Shown here: positions 37,481 to 45,762 of the stretch, in pieces | Numbering within the stretch: position 1 is the stretch's first letter | Layout of the letters: every line of letters begins with the position of its first letter | IMG/VR virus record: IMGVR_UViG_3300028840_000761 | Span: 772 to 64,771 of that record | Origin: a virus | Lineage: Duplodnaviria > Caudoviricetes | DNA: 64,000 bases | Direction: 5' to 3' (one strand) | Program-made: the position numbers and the translations under genes | Notes under the pieces: model-generated | Database searches by the model: none | Told to the model about the DNA's origin: nothing | What the model saw: only the letters and a program-made list of their open reading frames with translations

Positions 37481-37783
37481 TTACTCTCCTTCCAGTCGAG
37501 CGATTACTTGGTTGAGGGAATTGAACACCATGTAGCTGACCTCACCTCCTCCAGCGAGGTAGGCTTCCAGTCTCTCATTGAACTGTTGTCCAGTCGTGGG
37601 CAACGCATACCGGATACTGTCATGCAAGTCACGCAGAGTTGCCTCTCCCATGTTGGCGATCGACCCAAGGATCAACAGGTCATTGACGTCACGCAGACGT
37701 ATCGTCATTTCCATCGGGAACTGATCGTCTACCGACTTCTCTTCCTCTTCTTCTTCTTCGATCCAGTCGTCTAGATCGGGCAT
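37481..37783 (-). CDS. Hypothetical early protein with acidic N-terminus
   Basis: SD AAAGGAGGTGA right after the palindrome at 37803; starts MPDLDDWIEEEEEEE. Confidence 0.7.
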   Translation of the reverse strand: MPDLDDWIEEEEEEEKSVDDQFPMEMTIRLRDVNDLLILGSIANMGEATLRDLHDSIRYALPTTGQQFNERLEAYLAGGGEVSYMVFNSLNQVIARLEGE

Positions 37784-37817
37784 GATTTCACCTCCTTTCG
37801 AGCTAGGCTGAGCCAGC

Positions 37818-38330
37818 CTAGATATTCCGGTACGAGTCAGTCTGGAGACGCCAGTAGTCCCAGCCCCCACGCGCACCAATGTGGTCAATCGAGCCGACCG
37901 AGGTCAGCCAGTTGCCACAGCAGTCACCGTCCGCCTCGCAGATAGCACACGAGCAGGACGTTCTGTTGAAGTAGTCATACAGGGCGTTCTGGATGTCGGT
38001 CGCCCGTATGTCAGGTGGTGTGTGTTCGGTCGAGCACACCCGCACGATGATCTCACGGGTCACTCGGTCATCACCGGCCTCGTCTGCGTAGTAGTTGATG
38101 GTCTTGTTCATGATCTCCTGCATATCCACGAGGTAGCGGTCATCATCGAGGTGCTTGTAGGCAGACTTGTACTTATGCGTCAGCCTCTGGTACAGGTGTG
38201 TCGAGCGATGGCCGACCGGCTCCATCTCGACACCATCACACCCTTCACACGGGTTGTACGCCCACTTGTCCTCAACGATCTCAAGACGCCCGCAACACGG
38301 GCACTCAACAGCACTGGTCGGGTCAGCCAT
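37818..38330 (-). CDS. Hypothetical Cys-rich early protein
   Basis: SD GGAGGTGA; the TAG stop is supplied by the palindrome. Confidence 0.7.
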   Translation of the reverse strand: MADPTSAVECPCCGRLEIVEDKWAYNPCEGCDGVEMEPVGHRSTHLYQRLTHKYKSAYKHLDDDRYLVDMQEIMNKTINYYADEAGDDRVTREIIVRVCSTEHTPPDIRATDIQNALYDYFNRTSCSCAICEADGDCCGNWLTSVGSIDHIGARGGWDYWRLQTDSYRNI

Positions 38331-38700
38331 AAATCACCTCCGAGAAACATGCGAGTTGTAAGAAAATGTCAGCGTCCTCTGCGTCATAAGACTCATCAAA
38401 CAATGAGTGCAGTCGCAGTGGGAACTGGATGGACATGGCATCGAGCGCATACTGCAAGCATTGTGCATCGATAATCACTTCACCATCCCCCTCGATCATG
38501 GTGATCTTCATGCGACCGAACATCGGGATCGTGCAGTAGCGAGGCCACTCGTGCGCCCACTTGGGTGCGCTTTCAGGCAACGGATCGATGTAGCTAATGT
38601 CCTCGATCCACGAGGACGAATAACCCTCGAACGCGCCGCACAGGATGTACGCCATCTGCTTCTCGGTCAGTTTGACCGGCACATCAACAGAAAATTCCAT
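38323..38700 (-). CDS. Hypothetical early protein
   Basis: AFEGYSSSWI...DAEDADIFLQLACFSEVIYG, a recurrent phage C-terminal motif. Confidence 0.7.
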   Translation of the reverse strand: MEFSVDVPVKLTEKQMAYILCGAFEGYSSSWIEDISYIDPLPESAPKWAHEWPRYCTIPMFGRMKITMIEGDGEVIIDAQCLQYALDAMSIQFPLRLHSLFDESYDAEDADIFLQLACFSEVIYG

Positions 38701-39125
38701 TAGGTGTCACCTCCTTCAAAGTAGTGGTCGAGAGACTTCAGAGCCTCTTTCGCCTGCTCGACAGTGACCGCTCCGGTTTCCAGTTCGTACGACATTTCCT
38801 CGAAGCGATCGGCTTCCATTCGGAGATCGTGCGCCGCTTCCTCCAGCTCCTCGGCCAACACGTTGAGCCTGTCGTACCGCTCCTCGAAGTCAGGCATGTG
38901 ATCGATGTAGATCATCTTGTCGAGGTCGGATTTCTCATACCCAACCTCCGAGTCATACTCGATCTCCCGGCGTTCGAGGTCGAACCGCTTGGCTGTCCAG
39001 AGTGGCGGATCATCCGACTCTGTCCAATACGTGTGTGGCCCCACACTTGTGACGACCATCGTGCCGAGGCGCGGGCTGAGAAAGATCGTCCCGACCCGAA
39101 CCTGTTCTGCTGTGAGTAGTGCCAT
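38700..39125 (-). CDS. Hypothetical early protein
   Basis: SD GGAGGTGA after the palindrome at 39147; acidic coiled-coil C-terminus. Confidence 0.7.
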   Translation of the reverse strand: MALLTAEQVRVGTIFLSPRLGTMVVTSVGPHTYWTESDDPPLWTAKRFDLERREIEYDSEVGYEKSDLDKMIYIDHMPDFEERYDRLNVLAEELEEAAHDLRMEADRFEEMSYELETGAVTVEQAKEALKSLDHYFEGGDT

Positions 39126-39130
39126 TGGTT

Positions 39131-39547
39131 TCACCTCCCTTTCTTTCTAGGCTGAGCCAGCCTAGATACATAATCGGCGATCTCTTTCGCCGTCTCCGGT
39201 GTATTGCCGACCAACAGGCCGTTCTTCGGCGTGACGAGCGCGAGTGCGACCGCATTCATGTACGTGGTCATGTCCTCACTCAAGGAGAAGCACTCCTTAC
39301 CGAAGTAATAGGCGGCAGCGTCCTGATCGACCTCATTCCAGTCATCGATGGTGTCCCAGCGGTGACCACAGCACGGACAGCACCCGCACGAGTCATACGC
39401 GGCGTACATCCCGCTGTCCTCGCAGAAGTCAATGAACGGGGCCGCGGCGATCATGGCCTGCTCGGGTGAATCGGCCTCGATGAACACAAAGACCGCGGGC
39501 GGGCGGAAGTGCCCGCCACTGTTGTTTTGCCTTACCAGAAAGATCAT
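39131..39547 (-). CDS. Conserved phage protein (QNNSGG motif)
   Basis: RQNNSGGHF...FIEADS...CPCCGHRW; SD GGAGGTGA. Confidence 0.7.
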   Translation of the reverse strand: MIFLVRQNNSGGHFRPPAVFVFIEADSPEQAMIAAAPFIDFCEDSGMYAAYDSCGCCPCCGHRWDTIDDWNEVDQDAAAYYFGKECFSLSEDMTTYMNAVALALVTPKNGLLVGNTPETAKEIADYVSRLAQPRKKGR

Positions 39548-39921
39548 GATTTCACCTCCATCAGTTTGAGTTGTTCGGCCATCTTCATGCACTGCTGGAC
39601 ACAGTACTCGGTCGAGCGCACGACACCTCGTATGTGCGAGGCAAACTGCGGGTTGTACCCTTTCAGGCGCGGATCGGGCGCGTCGTTGTAGTGAGCGCAG
39701 TCGAAGCCGATGGTGAGCGTGCCGTCGTCATTCAGCTGGGTGTAGGTCACACCCCCATGACAGTCGATCGTGTTCTCGATCTCATAGTCACCCTCATGGT
39801 AAAGGTCGATGGCCGGATGGCCGACAGGCACAGTGACATAGCCACAACGGAAGCCCATCCCGTTGTTGACCACCTCGCATTCAAAGCCGAGGTACGGAAA
39901 CTTCTTGAGTGAGTCTCGCAT
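39544..39921 (-). CDS. Conserved phage protein
   Basis: FRCGYV...HP...CHGGVTY...IGFDCAH recurrent motif. Confidence 0.75.
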   Translation of the reverse strand: MRDSLKKFPYLGFECEVVNNGMGFRCGYVTVPVGHPAIDLYHEGDYEIENTIDCHGGVTYTQLNDDGTLTIGFDCAHYNDAPDPRLKGYNPQFASHIRGVVRSTEYCVQQCMKMAEQLKLMEVKS

Positions 39922-40115
39922 CAGTTATCCTCCTTCCACTCGCTGATGTCCCTGATCGATGCGCGGAGCTTGTCGAACTTGACCTGCTTCTGTACCCGAA
40001 CAGAGCAGTTCTCCCCACAGCTCGGGCAATACCCGAGGTTAGCGTTGAAATACGATGCTTCGTCCTCGCACCCACACACGGTGCACTTCATGTTGTCAGC
40101 CTGCGGTTGTGCCAT
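39921..40115 (-). CDS. Small zinc-ribbon protein
   Basis: CTVCG...YCPSCG; SD AAGGAGG. Confidence 0.6.
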   Translation of the reverse strand: MAQPQADNMKCTVCGCEDEASYFNANLGYCPSCGENCSVRVQKQVKFDKLRASIRDISEWKEDN

Positions 40116-40359
40116 TGGTTTGATCCTCCTTCTCTCTAAGTTCAAGTTCTGCCTCAATGAAGTACACCGCCTGTCGGTAGAACTCCAGCACATGAGGCTC
40201 CTCGTTGCCACAGGCACACAGGTAATCCCGAGACAGAATCTTCACGAGATTACGCAGTGTCGTGGTCTTGTACGTCGTGACACCAAACATGAAGCCAATG
40301 ATGTCACGCTTGAGGACAATGGTGTCCTCGTGGCGCAGTATGTCGTCATACTCAGCCAT
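40096..40359 (-). CDS. Hypothetical early protein
   Basis: SD AAAGGGG after the palindrome at 40376. Confidence 0.6.
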   Translation of the reverse strand: MAEYDDILRHEDTIVLKRDIIGFMFGVTTYKTTTLRNLVKILSRDYLCACGNEEPHVLEFYRQAVYFIEAELELREKEDQTNGTTAG

Positions 40360-40385
40360 ACACATCCCCTTTCTGCTAGGCTGGC

Positions 40386-40628
40386 TCAGCCTAGCGGTTT
40401 ATTGAACCGGAACAGCGCATCATAGAGAGCTTTGAAGTCAGGAGAATCCACCCTCTTGAAAAGCTCGCGCTCCGCGCCTCCGGCTACGCCGTACATCTCG
40501 AAGAGGAACTCGTACAGCTCCTCGCTCCGCTGGACAATCTCATTCATCACGGCCTGCGGGTACTCACCCTCACCAACCGCGAGCCTGAGCTGATCCAGCT
40601 CCATCTTGGCTCTGAAATAACCGCTCAT
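40386..40628 (-). CDS. Hypothetical early protein
   Basis: SD GAGGAG; the TGA stop lies inside the palindrome. Confidence 0.6.
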   Translation of the reverse strand: MSGYFRAKMELDQLRLAVGEGEYPQAVMNEIVQRSEELYEFLFEMYGVAGGAERELFKRVDSPDFKALYDALFRFNKPLG

Positions 40629-40876
40629 GAATCTAGGTACTCCTCTCTGGTCAGGAATATGAACCCTTCTTCGATGTCCCAAAAGGTCAGCTCAGGGTTA
40701 TGCTCGCGGATGAACTGCACCGCGTCCGTCTTGGTCGGAAACCACTCGACAAACCCATCAGGCGCGAGGTGATACTCCAGCCCGTTGAGCGAGATGCCAT
40801 TGATCGAGCGAGCGATGCACACATGGTCGAGCGGTGTGCCCTCGTCCTCGACCTCCTCAATCCAGTCATCGACCAT
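40625..40876 (-). CDS. Hypothetical early protein
   Basis: MVDDWIEE...INGISLNGLEY motif. Confidence 0.65.
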   Translation of the reverse strand: MVDDWIEEVEDEGTPLDHVCIARSINGISLNGLEYHLAPDGFVEWFPTKTDAVQFIREHNPELTFWDIEEGFIFLTREEYLDS

Positions 40877-40878
40877 AT

Positions 40879-41076
40879 TTACTTCTCCCCTCTCAGCTTG
40901 GCGAGAGCCTCGCGGTTCTCACGGGTGACAGCGTTGAGCACGCCCTCAGTGACCTGCGGACGCACGATCTCCAGTCTAGGCCGAACCAGCCTAGTCTCGA
41001 TCCCCAGACGTTCGAGACGGAGATTGATGTGCTCCATCTCTTCGGTCGACATACCGACCACAACAACCTCTACCAT
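40879..41076 (-). CDS. Hypothetical early protein
   Basis: SD AGGAGGT; contains an internal palindrome copy at 40976. Confidence 0.6.
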   Translation of the reverse strand: MVEVVVVGMSTEEMEHINLRLERLGIETRLVRPRLEIVRPQVTEGVLNAVTRENREALAKLRGEK

Positions 41077-41079
41077 TTG

Positions 41080-41310
41080 TTATACCTCCTGTTCGGATTG
41101 ATTGAGGAACGAGCAAATGCAGTTGAAGCAGAAGCATTCAATACACACCTTGCCCTTGCCCTCGTTGCGTGAACGGCCTTTGTAAATCGCGTATGCGATC
41201 TTGCGAGCAGTCCACGGTTTCGTGCTGTCGCTTGCAAATGCTATGAGTGCCGGTGTATCAAGCACACGCAATTTGTCCACGACCATCTGCGTTTCGCGTG
41301 TGTGGCGCAC
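41080..41310 (-). CDS. Hypothetical early protein
   Basis: SD AAGGAGGTGA before GTG 41310; C-terminal CIECFCFNCIC. Confidence 0.6.
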   Translation of the reverse strand: MRHTRETQMVVDKLRVLDTPALIAFASDSTKPWTARKIAYAIYKGRSRNEGKGKVCIECFCFNCICSFLNQSEQEV

Positions 41311-41354
41311 GTTTTCACCTCCTTCCCGTGTCGGGCTACCGCCCGACAGCATTC

Positions 41355-41820
41355 TGCTAGTACGTTTAGTACGTTGGCTAGTACGTTTGACCTTAAAAAA
41401 TGCACCTCCCAAATATAACATGTGTTATTAACATGTCGGACTTAAGTGCCTGAAATAGCTAAGCTGGCCCAGCCTAGCATTAGTACGTTTAGTACGTTTA
41501 GTACGTGATTTCAAGAGAACGAGCCTATCTTTTTACTCTTTACCCTTATATGTTATATGACATGTGTATTATCATATAAAAACCATAGGGCGAGACGGCA
41601 ACGGTTTATTGCTCAGTTTGAAAAACGTACTATTCATACTATTTATACTAAAAGTATTATTATTATTATTATAGACCCCTAGTGGTTTCGCATAGTTAGC
41701 CCATTGGTGTGTATAACACATGTTATAGTTTCGGATTATTTTAATACATACTAAACGTACTAAAAGCACAGGATGTCGTACTAAACGCTCTATGGTATGT
41801 TATAAAAATATAACATATCG
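41355..41820. repeat. AT-rich iteron array, putative replication origin
   Basis: TAGTACGTT at 41358, 41367, 41379, 41481, 41490 and 41499 (8/9). Inverted AACGTACTA at 41624 and 41754. A 15-bp inverted repeat at 41414-28/41713-27 and a (TTA)n tract at ~41657-70. Confidence 0.75.
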
Positions 41821-41896
41821 AACGTAAGTTCCTGATATTCCTACTATAACATCTGCTATACAGCTAGGCTGGCTCAGCCTAGCAAATTTTAAGCAC

Positions 41897-41929
41897 GACA
41901 AAAGCCCCTAGCTCGAAAGCTAGGGGCTT
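41897..41929 (-). terminator. Intrinsic terminator after the first early gene
   Basis: The - strand reads AAGCCCCTAGCT-TTCG-AGCTAGGGGCTT-TTGT (UUCG loop, short U run). Confidence 0.8.
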
Positions 41930-41933
41930 AGTC

Positions 41934-42791
41934 CTGAATAGCAGGGGCGCATGTTTAATTAACCGTTGGATGCCATTTTCATGAACTGCTGAAACATCTT
42001 AACCATGGCCGGATCGATTTCCGGCTCCTCGGTGGTGTGTTCGACAACCCGCGATACCCGCGTGGTCACCGGAACGTCATCGCCGTGGACTTCGACATGC
42101 AGGTTGGTGGTCGAGAACAGGTCACGGATGATGTCGAGGACATCATCGACCTCAAAAGCCTTGCCTTCGTGACGCGCCTTAACCAAAGACGGGCGGATAC
42201 GCTCGAAATTGATCTGCAAAGCCTTCTGATTGTCCAGACGCTCAAGGATAACGGACAGGTCAGTGTTATTCTTGATCGTGTCATCCTTCTTGAGCTGTGC
42301 CAGAGTCAAGCCATGCGATTTTTTCGCACGCTCAAGCAAAGCATCAGAGAAGTTGTGGCCTTTATCCTTCTTGGCCATCGGGTTGCCATCGCGATCCACT
42401 GCGATAGCGCGGATCGGACGGCCTTCGTTGGTCTTGCCAACGATCTCGATCTCGAAGCGAGCGGAAATCTTGCTTGCCCACAGCTTGTATGCGGAAGCAT
42501 CCTTGCTGTTGTGATCGGAAATCGCCTTGGACTGACCAACGTCCTTCGGCCAATCAGAGTCCTTGCCACGGAACGACTTGGCTTGCAGATCGAGGAACGT
42601 ATAGTTCTTGCCTACCATCCAGTTCGCGCACTCTTTGCACGCATCATCGATGGTTACGTCCAGATCGGTGGACTTCTTGTCTAGTGCCAACCATGTGGAA
42701 CGAACAGAATTAAAAGTAATAGCCATTAGTCTATCTCCTTATGAGCTAAGCTGACTCAGCCTAGCTAGTCTGTTGCGCCCCTGCTATTCAG
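41934..42791. repeat. Perfect 18-bp inverted repeat pair enclosing the 255-aa gene
   Basis: CTGAATAGCAGGGGCGCA (41934-41951) and TGCGCCCCTGCTATTCAG (42774-42791). Confidence 0.95.
41959..42726 (-). CDS. First early protein, unknown function (255 aa)
   Basis: Monocistronic: two promoters, SD TAAGGAG and its own terminator. Confidence 0.8.
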   Translation of the reverse strand: MAITFNSVRSTWLALDKKSTDLDVTIDDACKECANWMVGKNYTFLDLQAKSFRGKDSDWPKDVGQSKAISDHNSKDASAYKLWASKISARFEIEIVGKTNEGRPIRAIAVDRDGNPMAKKDKGHNFSDALLERAKKSHGLTLAQLKKDDTIKNNTDLSVILERLDNQKALQINFERIRPSLVKARHEGKAFEVDDVLDIIRDLFSTTNLHVEVHGDDVPVTTRVSRVVEHTTEEPEIDPAMVKMFQQFMKMASNG

Positions 42792-42811
42792 TTATCAATG
42801 ATCGTATGAAA

Positions 42812-42895
42812 AGACTAACACATATTGCATCAGATGTCAAGCGTTATGTCTCATCATTTGATAACCATTATAGCATAACGTATGTAATAAGTCAA
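42812..42895 (-). promoter_or_regulatory. Tandem strong early sigma70 promoters
   Basis: TTGACT(42895-90)-17-TATAAT(42872-67) and TTGACA(42840-35)-17-TAGTCT(42817-12), both with a TGn extended -10. Confidence 0.85.
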
Positions 42896-43052
42896 ACTGA
42901 CGCTAGGCTGAGCCAGCCTAGATAACCCCCCAATGGGGGGTATTTTGCGCACCGTGGGGGTTTGTGGGGGAGGTACGCCCATACGTCACACGAAAATCCT
43001 TGAAAAGGTGTATGGCACCGCACGGCCCAACGTTCCTGACTGATTTTCCAGC

Positions 43053-43081
43053 TTGACATCAGCTGTTACAGCATCTAAGAT
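43053..43081 (+). promoter_or_regulatory. Sigma70-like promoter of the late arm
   Basis: TTGACA(43053-58)-17 nt-TAAGAT(43076-81). The predicted TSS coincides with ATG 43088. Confidence 0.65.
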
Positions 43082-43087
43082 TCGCGT

Positions 43088-43606
43088 ATGGAACTGTTCG
43101 CCGACGATATAGCCTTCGAGGCTTCCGACGCCCTAGCGGGGCTTGATGATTACCTGAACGAGGATTTCGATGAGGTTGCGGAGGTTGCGCATTCTGCGCT
43201 CGGCGTCTCGCCTGTTCGCGCTCCCGGGTGTCCGATGTGGCCGCAGGCGCTGGTTGTCGACATCGCCCTTGGGATCGACCCGCGCTCCGATATAGAGGAA
43301 CGATATAACCTGAAGCCGGAGCAGTTGGACTTCCTGTTGGAGAACCGGGCATTCCGGATTGATCTGGCCCGTATTCGCAAGGAGATTGCGGAGAACGGGC
43401 TTTCGTTTAAGCGCAAGGCGGCGACGCAGGCGGAGATGTACCTGCTTGATATGGACAGGATCATGGCCGATCCGGATACGCCGCCGGGAATAAAGAAGGA
43501 CATCTTCGTACAGATGGCGCGGCTCGGCGAGCTGGAGCCAAAAACTGCGAAGGATGGCGAGATCACCGCTGGTGGTCTGGCGTTTAATATCCAGATCAAC
43601 ATGTAA
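43088..43606 (+). CDS. Putative terminase small subunit
   Basis: 172 aa, helical, first gene of the late arm beside the probable genome end, with a C-terminal beta-strand FNIQINM typical of TerS. Confidence 0.5.
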   Translation: MELFADDIAFEASDALAGLDDYLNEDFDEVAEVAHSALGVSPVRAPGCPMWPQALVVDIALGIDPRSDIEERYNLKPEQLDFLLENRAFRIDLARIRKEIAENGLSFKRKAATQAEMYLLDMDRIMADPDTPPGIKKDIFVQMARLGELEPKTAKDGEITAGGLAFNIQINM

Positions 43607-43666
43607 CCGGGCACCGCCCGTTAAAACGAGTGGCCAATCACGGCCTACCCTGAAAAGGAGAGCATC

Positions 43667-44089
43667 ATGAGAGAAAACCTGAGAACCATGCTGGAGAAAC
43701 TTCCACCCGTCCTGCGCAAGCTGCGCACCTCCCTCGCTTCCCTGTATTGGACTGTGACCACGTCCGCCACGCCTGCCTCCGGCAGCTGCGCTGTGCAGTT
43801 CGTGTTCAAGGACGAGAACGGGATGCCCATGACAGCCCCTGTCTCCGGGCTGCTCTACCTCAGCGAATCTGCTGACGGCACAACTCAAGACCTTGCCGAT
43901 ACCAGCCTTGCCGTCCTGACCAACGGCGCACTGACCAACGTCGGTGGAGCTGGGCCGAGCCTGTTCACCACCACGGCGACAGGCTTGCTGGGATTGACAA
44001 TCACCGCAGCTGCGGACGACTACTATGTTGTCTTCGTGCAGCCCAACGGTGAGCTGTTGATCTCCGACGTCTGCACTGTCAACGCGTAA
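43667..44089 (+). CDS. Hypothetical structural protein (beta-sandwich-like)
   Basis: SD AAGGAG; T/A/G-rich; followed by a UUCG hairpin at 44098-44119. Confidence 0.55.
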   Translation: MRENLRTMLEKLPPVLRKLRTSLASLYWTVTTSATPASGSCAVQFVFKDENGMPMTAPVSGLLYLSESADGTTQDLADTSLAVLTNGALTNVGGAGPSLFTTTATGLLGLTITAAADDYYVVFVQPNGELLISDVCTVNA

Positions 44090-44146
44090 ATAGGCTAGGG
44101 GGTGGGTTCGCCCACCCCCGCAGCTCAGAGATGTAAGGAACCACAG

Positions 44147-44698
44147 ATGTCCCAGCCATGCGAGCAAGCCGAGATTATTGTAGCCCTTGAAAAAAGTCAG
44201 CATGAACAGAGCAAGAAGATCGATGCGATCCTCGAAACCCTGAGAACGCAGACCGAGACCTTCAATAGCTCGATCAAGGAGCTGACGCAGGTGCTGTTAC
44301 AGAATGCACGGCATGGCGAGGTCTTGCTCCAGTTAAAAAAGGAGAACGACCTGATCTTCAATTCCTTGCGGGATGTGAAGACGGACGTGCAGGCAATCAA
44401 GGAACGGAACGCGAAGTGCGATGGCGCGGGGATATTTGAGAACTTCCCGAAAATCTGGGACTGGTATACCGCGCACAGGAAGTCTGACGTCGACATCGAC
44501 AAGATGTGGAAGTGGTACCTTGGCGAGCTGGGCTGGAGACGGTTCCTGCCTGCGGTACTGGCCGTCATCTCCACGGTGATGGCGATCTATATCTCATTAC
44601 ACCAGATCAACACTCATGATCACGGTATTGCGTTGAGTAAAGACCCACGCGGTGCCATCAAACAGGACGTCGGGGTCGACGTCCGGAATACTCACTGA
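44147..44698 (+). CDS. Coiled-coil protein with a C-terminal transmembrane helix
   Basis: SD TAAGGA; FLPAVLAVISTVMAIYISL hydrophobic segment. Confidence 0.6.
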   Translation: MSQPCEQAEIIVALEKSQHEQSKKIDAILETLRTQTETFNSSIKELTQVLLQNARHGEVLLQLKKENDLIFNSLRDVKTDVQAIKERNAKCDGAGIFENFPKIWDWYTAHRKSDVDIDKMWKWYLGELGWRRFLPAVLAVISTVMAIYISLHQINTHDHGIALSKDPRGAIKQDVGVDVRNTH

Positions 44699-44709
44699 AG
44701 GAGAGAACC

Positions 44710-45036
44710 ATGGCCAGAGTATACGGTAGAGCTTCTGCCAGCCTGACAGCGCAGAACACCTTCACGGATCACATCCACCCGGCGGACAAGCCGAACAAAG
44801 GTGGCCTGCTCAACCTGTCCATCACCGGACTGGCTGACTCGACGGTCACCTTGCAGCGCACGTTTGATGGCGGAGCCAACTGGGCGGACGTGGTGCAGTA
44901 TACGGTCTCCGACGCTGTCAACAACAGCGTACAGAAAGTGATCGAGGCCGGGAACGAAGGCGCAGAAGGTTACCGGGTCGGTATCAAAACCGGTGACTAC
45001 GGCACTGATACGGTTGTCTGCCGCCTGAGCCACTAG
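44710..45036 (+). CDS. Small virion structural protein
   Basis: TVTLQRTFDGGANWADV...YRVGIKTGDY recurrent motif; SD AAGGAG. Confidence 0.65.
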   Translation: MARVYGRASASLTAQNTFTDHIHPADKPNKGGLLNLSITGLADSTVTLQRTFDGGANWADVVQYTVSDAVNNSVQKVIEAGNEGAEGYRVGIKTGDYGTDTVVCRLSH

Positions 45037-45045
45037 GAGGTCGTT

Positions 45046-45753
45046 ATGATACGATCTCCGATAAGAGACGGCCTGCCACGCGACATAGTCCGGGGTTTGT
45101 TCGGGGCTGGCGGAGCTGCGCCTGCGCCGCCGCCTGATCCATCACTATACTTCTCCGATGCCTTCAACAATACAACCGGTGCGCATATAACTGTCGCAGA
45201 GGGAACATGGTCTCCTACTGTCGGCCCAGCGACTGGCGGGTATACCGACAAGGTAGATTTAGGTGCTGGTACCGATGCCATCTTCCGGGTGAATTATGTC
45301 CTCGATCGGTTAGAGCTGAACTCCCCCAGCGGTACAGACTCCGCGTACATACAATACCTATTCGGTGAAACGCTGAACCTATTAGGATTGGATTGGAAGT
45401 GGCAGGCCAGTTATTACCCCACATCTGGATATGGTAATGGCGGCAATAGGTGCCACATGAACTGGACTATCGGGATTAATGGGACTTTATCTACAACTCA
45501 AGTAGAGTGCGTACATCCCGGCGGCAACACGGTTGTAACTTGCCCAGCAACAACATCCGGAGTATTATCCAACAGACAGGTAACTTGGGATGGCGCTAAT
45601 ATTCGGTACTACGTCAGCGATACCTTGGTCTTTACGTTCCCACATACTACGGCCATTAATCTTAGCTATATTTATTTCAGTGGGACAACATTCGGTACGG
45701 TAAGACCGGCGTGGGACGAGATGACCTTGTGGATAAATGGGTTGAGACCATAG
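45046..45753 (+). CDS. Putative receptor-binding protein (lectin/LamG-like head)
   Basis: Short anchor N-terminus, Pro linker, then an AT-richer beta-rich domain. Confidence 0.5.
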   Translation: MIRSPIRDGLPRDIVRGLFGAGGAAPAPPPDPSLYFSDAFNNTTGAHITVAEGTWSPTVGPATGGYTDKVDLGAGTDAIFRVNYVLDRLELNSPSGTDSAYIQYLFGETLNLLGLDWKWQASYYPTSGYGNGGNRCHMNWTIGINGTLSTTQVECVHPGGNTVVTCPATTSGVLSNRQVTWDGANIRYYVSDTLVFTFPHTTAINLSYIYFSGTTFGTVRPAWDEMTLWINGLRP

Positions 45754-45762
45754 GAGTAAGCC

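Larger units (their letters stand above)
32008..42921. repeat. Dispersed 19-bp palindrome CTAGGCTG-NNN-CAGCCTAG (11 or more copies)
   Basis: Perfect arms at 32008, 36289, 37803, 39147, 40376, 41864 and 42903. One or two mismatches at 33688, 40976, 41459 and 42746. More degenerate copies at 34921 and 28467. Confidence 0.95.

Noticed and set aside
41311-41769. ORF-track proteins crossing the iteron region (N-terminal extension of 41080-41421, 41201-41431, 41572-41769)
   Set aside because: They translate the repeats and AT-rich DNA. The SD-supported start is GTG 41310.
32008-42921. The palindromic repeats as a CRISPR array
   Set aside because: Spacing is irregular (about 0.15-2.6 kb), whole genes lie between copies, and there is no cas operon. 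The Cas4-like nuclease at 24703 is a standard replication-module gene.
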